Translations under genes and position numbers: made by a program
Source of the DNA: Macrostomum lignano
Taxonomy: Eukaryota
Length of the DNA stretch: 64,000 bases
Assembly: GCA_002269645.1 (NCBI GenBank)
Contig: NIVC01001584.1
Location: forward strand, 62,001-126,000
Direction: 5' to 3'
The notes under the pieces: generated by a model
Databases searched by the model: none
What the model saw: the letters and a program-made list of their open reading frames with translations, nothing else
Told to the model about the DNA's origin: nothing
In this document: in pieces, positions 52,020-64,000 of the stretch
Numbering within the stretch: the stretch's first letter is position 1
How the letters are laid out: each line of letters starts with the position of its first letter

Positions 52020-52687
52020 TCATCTAGAAACGTTCTATAGACAAAGAATTATTTCAATTTCATATCCTCTTTAAACAGTACTGCAGCCAAATGCATGCGT
52101 ATTATTCAGAAAAAAAATTCCTGTGTTTTTAAAAAATGAAGTACGAGTAATAAATATTACATGAATATTGGTGATGGCTAATTAAAATCGTGCAGTAATT
52201 TTTGTTTTAATAGAAACTTAATCTGACTAAATTAATAAGTGAATATTATGCAGTTTTTTTTCAAATGGTTATCTTTTTTTCAACGCTGTTAAATTCATAG
52301 AAAAAAGTTTGACTTTTTGTTTAAACACGCTCGTAGTACTGCTGGACTTCATCCGTTTTGTTTTTACACGTGAAAGCAGCGATTTTCTGAGTGTAAGCAA
52401 CTCTTGCTCAAACGGACAGCGGATACAAAAGTAATCATTTCTATTTTTAACATATTAAAATTCTTAAATTTCTTATCTAATGCCCTACCTATATGTACTT
52501 CATGCGGAAAATGTGTTATCAAAGCCGCCAGATGTACAGAGATTTCGCATCAAGCTTCAGGCGTGTTTTTATATGTCAGAGCTATTTATAACATGTCAGA
52601 GATACGAGCGTTTATATTTATTAGCTATCTTGCTTGCTTTTTGTAATGCACAGTGCACAGGATTTTCTGGCGAGGCGCTTGACCGCT

Positions 52688-55600
52688 ATGGTAAGTTCTT
52701 TCGCTTGTTACATGTAACTAAAAATCGACAATGTTATACACACAATACCACGAATATCTTTTCTACTTTTAGGAACAAACTCAGAACCAGGGAATTTTCG
52801 TTTCCGCTGTAGCCGAAAACACGACTGAAAGTGATGCTGTTGAAGCTGACGAACTCGCTACCGCTTGTGATGCGCCCTGCGAATCAACCGAGTCACAAGC
52901 CGATACGGCACCACGGGTGTATTGCTACGAGGAGAGGCTCACGTGCGAATCAATCAAGAATGTTGCCATTGGCGACGTACTAGAAATCCGATACTTTGAA
53001 CTGCCGCACAAAATTATCGTGGAGAACACGAGCATCGTTGACACTGAGCAGGAGTTGATCATCACCATCGATGCCATTCACTACGGAAGAGACTGGCTTT
53101 CTGTCCAGGTAATGAGAGAAAAATTTCAATTCATTGCTCGAAAAGACTCATTGGATCCCGGTGGGGCGCTGAGCAGGAAATGCTGGAAGTGTCACTTCCC
53201 ACCAACCTGGTGCCACCCACCCGATGTGGTAGTGCAAAGAGCTCGAAGTCGGCTGAACGAACGAGAGCACTCGGTCATTGACAACAGGGCGTCTCATTTT
53301 GCATTTTGGTGCAAGACCCAGTCGGTTAGCAATCGTGCGAACAATATTGTACCGATCTTTGTAGCCGCTAATCAGCACATTCACGAAGTGAAAGTTGGCG
53401 ACCATTTGAACTTTGCGACAGACGGTGAAATTGAATTACACGGAGAAGTTAGAGATGCTGTCAAGGCGAGTGAGTCGCAGGTTTTGTTAACTATGCTAGT
53501 GTCGAGTAGACACGTGAACAGAGAAATAATCAACTCTGCGCACATTTGTGAAACTAGAATTCAAAAACCAGTACAAGTTGTAAAATCAGCTGCAATTGGT
53601 CTGACTAGTGAAGATTTACAATGGCGAATCAGAATGATACAGGATATTTCCTACAAGCGTTTGGTTGGAAAACTTGCCTTCTGTCTACACCTGACCAATC
53701 CTAACTTAAGCAGGGAAGACTGGCTTTGTCGAGCTATCCAGGTTCCAAACGTCACGACAGAAACTGCGCAACCACTCTGTAAGACCATTCGCCCAGAGCT
53801 GTTGAATCCAGGCGACATCATACTGCATGACGGCATATACTCAGTGGTGTCTGCAGTCAGATGCGATGGCTCAGGTGCTCTGATAACTAAAATTCAGTAC
53901 TCTGCCCGTCGAGTAAACAAAAATGCTCATAACTGCCTGTTTGAAATAAAAATTGCTATCGAAAAATACGAAAGACAGGCTGTGCTTTGCGTTCACAACG
54001 ACATTTTCCGAGATTGTCATCTGTACGGTGGAGGACTTGAAACACCCAGCTACACTGTAACCAAGGTGACGAGTGTGAATGAAATTTACAAAGGGTGCGT
54101 CATTAGCACCAGAGACGGCTTAGTCTTCAAACACTTGGTTGTCACCGATTGTCCCAAAATAATTAGTACACCGGCAATGAAAAACCAAGTGATGTTTAGC
54201 GCGATTTCCTACAATGTAGGACCTTCTATGTTGCTCGGAAAAAATTCCGTCGCCGAGAGCAGCTACACAATAAATTTAAGAACAACGCCAGTTTACGTTG
54301 TGAAGTACTGTGTCTCGAACGAGGTTCTCTACTCAACTGAGGAGGTGGTTCTTAGGGCTCGCTCGCGTCTGGGAGAGAGACAGCACAACTTCCAGTGGAA
54401 CAGCGGCCGAGACTTAGCTCGATGGTGCAGCATCAAGCACCAGAGTAATTTGGAACAGTGCATCGTTCCTGTTACCTCGGCAGACGATCTACATCGTTTC
54501 CAAAGAGGACACATCAAATTCTTGAAGAAGCCGAAGTCTCTCTACGCGCACGATGTTCTTCTCAAAGAGTGCAGTAAAGTTGAAGACTGCGACGATGTGC
54601 TGAGAGTGATATACTATGAAAACAACGTCGTTTTCAAGCATGTCCGCATTGAGAAGCTGGGCATTGGAGAAGATGAGCACCTCCAAAGAGTTCGGTACGC
54701 AAGCTGTCGAGAATGGAACCAAGCAGAACTAGAAAATCTGATTGATCATACGTTTCTAAATGCGGATGACGATCGGCTGGGCTACCTAGGAATGCAAGGC
54801 AGCAGAGTGACTAGCCAAGATTTTTGCTTCTGGATAAAAACTCGCTTCTCAAAGGATGGCATCAAGGCAGTCAAAAACTTACTCGGCGAGGAGTTGGGGC
54901 TGTTAAGGAACGAACTGAAAGTCAAGAGGAAGGACACGGAAACCATCGTAGGTGGACGAAGCCTAAAACCGTTGGATCACATCGTTCTTAGGCGCACTGT
55001 AGCTGGTAAGGAAGCAGAAGTTCACTTCGTCATCACGAGCTGGGATGCAAATTTATCTACCGGCTATGGAGTAACTTACGAATTTCCCGTAAAGAAGACC
55101 GAAATGGGATTCTACGAGTTTAAAGGCTTTCTCAGATTAACTGGCCCGGGTCAGATCGAGAAGGTGGTGCACAACTCAGAGTTCAATTGGGATCTAATTC
55201 TAGAAAAAATTCGAGATCTGTGCGGAGGGGAAGATTACAGCATTCCGTTCAACAATTGCGAGCACTTTGTCAACTACTTGATTTATGGCAGAGTTGTCTG
55301 TCTGCAGCTAGTTAGGCACTCGAGGAGGCTGCTTGGCTTTGTACCGAGTTTTCTACACCATATAGCTGCCGATTGCATTAGATTCCAGAAGTTTGCAATG
55401 CACCACGCGTCTGGCTTAAGAAAAGTCGGCGTTAAAATTCCAATTTTTGAGAGCGTTGGCCTAGTTCTCAACCTTGTTATCGCCGGCTGTCGATTTCTGC
55501 AACTGATCAGGCGTCGGGCTCGAACAGCCATGCCACACGAAGAGTTTTCGATGCGAAGACGTTATATTTTCGTGGACGCGATTTCGTCAACATTCGGGGT

Positions 55601-55727
55601 TTTATTGGCTCTTGTTTTGATCGCAGTGCAGGCTACTGTATTTACACCGCTCACTCTGTGTTCCGCACTCATTGGGTACGCGTTGTTGAAGCTGATTCCC
55701 TTGGTAAAATCAATTTTTGTGCCTTGA
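52688..55727 (+). CDS. Multi-LRAT paralogue 4; predicted join(52688..52690,52773..55727), 985 aa, 6 modules
   Basis: ATG|gtaagt at 52688-52696 and acceptor tttag|GAA at 52772/52773 are in frame with the 52917-55727 ORF (MEQTQNQGIF...). The last module has EVHFVI and YSIPFNNCEHFVNYLIYG (Cys 55257-55259), followed by a hydrophobic C-terminus. Confidence 0.85.
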
Positions 55728-57092
55728 AAAGCTTCTAAAAAACCTTACGCAGACTATTTTTTCTGGAATTAGCAAGCCCGTAGTCAGTATGTCTGTGACG
55801 TCACGGTATCTGGATTATTAATTGTTCGATTTTTTTTCATTCTATATGATCCGTGCCATTGTTTTTATTCCAGAACATGTAATATATTGATAGTAATACC
55901 GTAGTTTATTTGGTTGTACATGAATTTTACACCACTCTTGTTTAGAAATTTTATCACTGCCTGTAGTTTTTAATATTGTAGCTGGTGCACGGCTGAGAGC
56001 GAGGCCCTCATGTACACAGGCCCCTGCATGCATGCCTGGCTGCTGGGGGGAGCGGGGCGGTTGCAGTTTGATCTGACTCACACCTCCCTATTCTTGTTAG
56101 GTATAAATGACTATGATTAACAAGTATATGCAAAATCTTTTTGCTCGCTTGCTACTTTTCAACTAGCCACCATGCTCGCAACAAGCCGCTTTAATATTCT
56201 AGAATTTCGTGCGCCTGTACGAAGTAATATAAATTGCCAATGGGGAAATCCCTAATTCCCTGGGAAACCTCTCATTATCGGTGGCTAGTAGTTAATTATA
56301 AAGTTTTATATAAGTTAGTACATGTAAATCTTTAATTGCATTTAGTTTCTTGTCTAAAACACTTCTTTTTATTATTTTTTACGAATTTTTTTTAATCCGA
56401 AATTATTTTTTATGACGGTAAAAAAATTTGTTACACATTCAAATATATTTCAGAAGACTGTTATGAAGAATCAATTTAACTCTCGAACGAAATTTTGGAG
56501 TCCAATGGACCCGACGATTACTTTCTCCATGTTTCTTATGGAGAGTTTTCTATTATCGTGGCGCAACTTTTCGCGGGTTAATAACTTTGACCCACAATTG
56601 TTGTCAGTAATTTTTAAACTGTTGTTTAGATAACTGAAATACGTGTAGCTAATTATAATTTTGACCAAAAAGCAGAAGACTTGGTTACTAGTAGACAGAT
56701 TTTTTGTTTGTATAGTAGTTGAACGAGTTATAACCAATATTGCGGGTGTAATTTTAACCTTTATTTTTTCATAGAAACAGTATAATTGCTCTTTCGTCCA
56801 CGGTTAACTAGTTCAGTGGATCCTAACTTTTTATCCACAATAAAAAATATCAACCCTGTGCTGTATAGATATTAAGATATATACAGTCTGTGATCTCATA
56901 CTTTTGCATTAAGCACTAGTTTACTTTTTTGCAAAACTAATAATATCAGATTTCAAGAAATTTAAACAACTATTAGGCCTTTGAATTTGAAGCTAAGCCT
57001 AAAGGAAATAAACATTTAATATTAATTAAGAGTTCTGTATTGCATACAATTTACAATCTTTAAATAGTCACATTTTATTATTGTTTCCAAGA

Positions 57093-63999
<6,907 letters not shown>

Positions 64000-64000
64000 G

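Overview
Eukaryotic, repeat-rich invertebrate genomic DNA with spliceosomal GT-AG introns, long microsatellites and minisatellites, and many transposons. The style (GC-rich exons, minisatellite-filled introns) suggests a free-living flatworm such as Macrostomum; this is an inference. Host genes: two convergent secreted lectins sharing an N-terminal PAN/apple module (PAN + C-type lectin at 739-1961; PAN + F-type lectin at 9151-9804), a 4-exon C9orf72 orthologue (17524-20895), and the first three coding exons of Rab2 (57093-63885). The main item of interest is a same-strand tandem cluster of four paralogues (27471-55727). They encode roughly 1000-1380 aa proteins built from 6 or 9 tandem LRAT/PLAAT-like (permuted NlpC/P60, H-box/NC) modules plus a C-terminal multi-pass hydrophobic tail. 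Only the last module keeps the catalytic NNCEHF motif. The two 9-module paralogues each carry exactly one disabling lesion and have lost the presumptive catalytic His. Mobile DNA includes a complete 1.16 kb non-coding LTR element (TRIM) with target-site duplication (TSD), primer-binding site (PBS) and polypurine tract (PPT); an RNase H-bearing LINE with intact TSDs but no RT core; two degenerate mariner copies in a tandem duplication; Penelope, Gypsy and LINE remnants; several nested hAT-type MITEs with perfect 8-bp TSDs; and a foldback/Mutator-like element with a 9-bp TSD. Domain calls come from motif recognition by eye, not from database searches.
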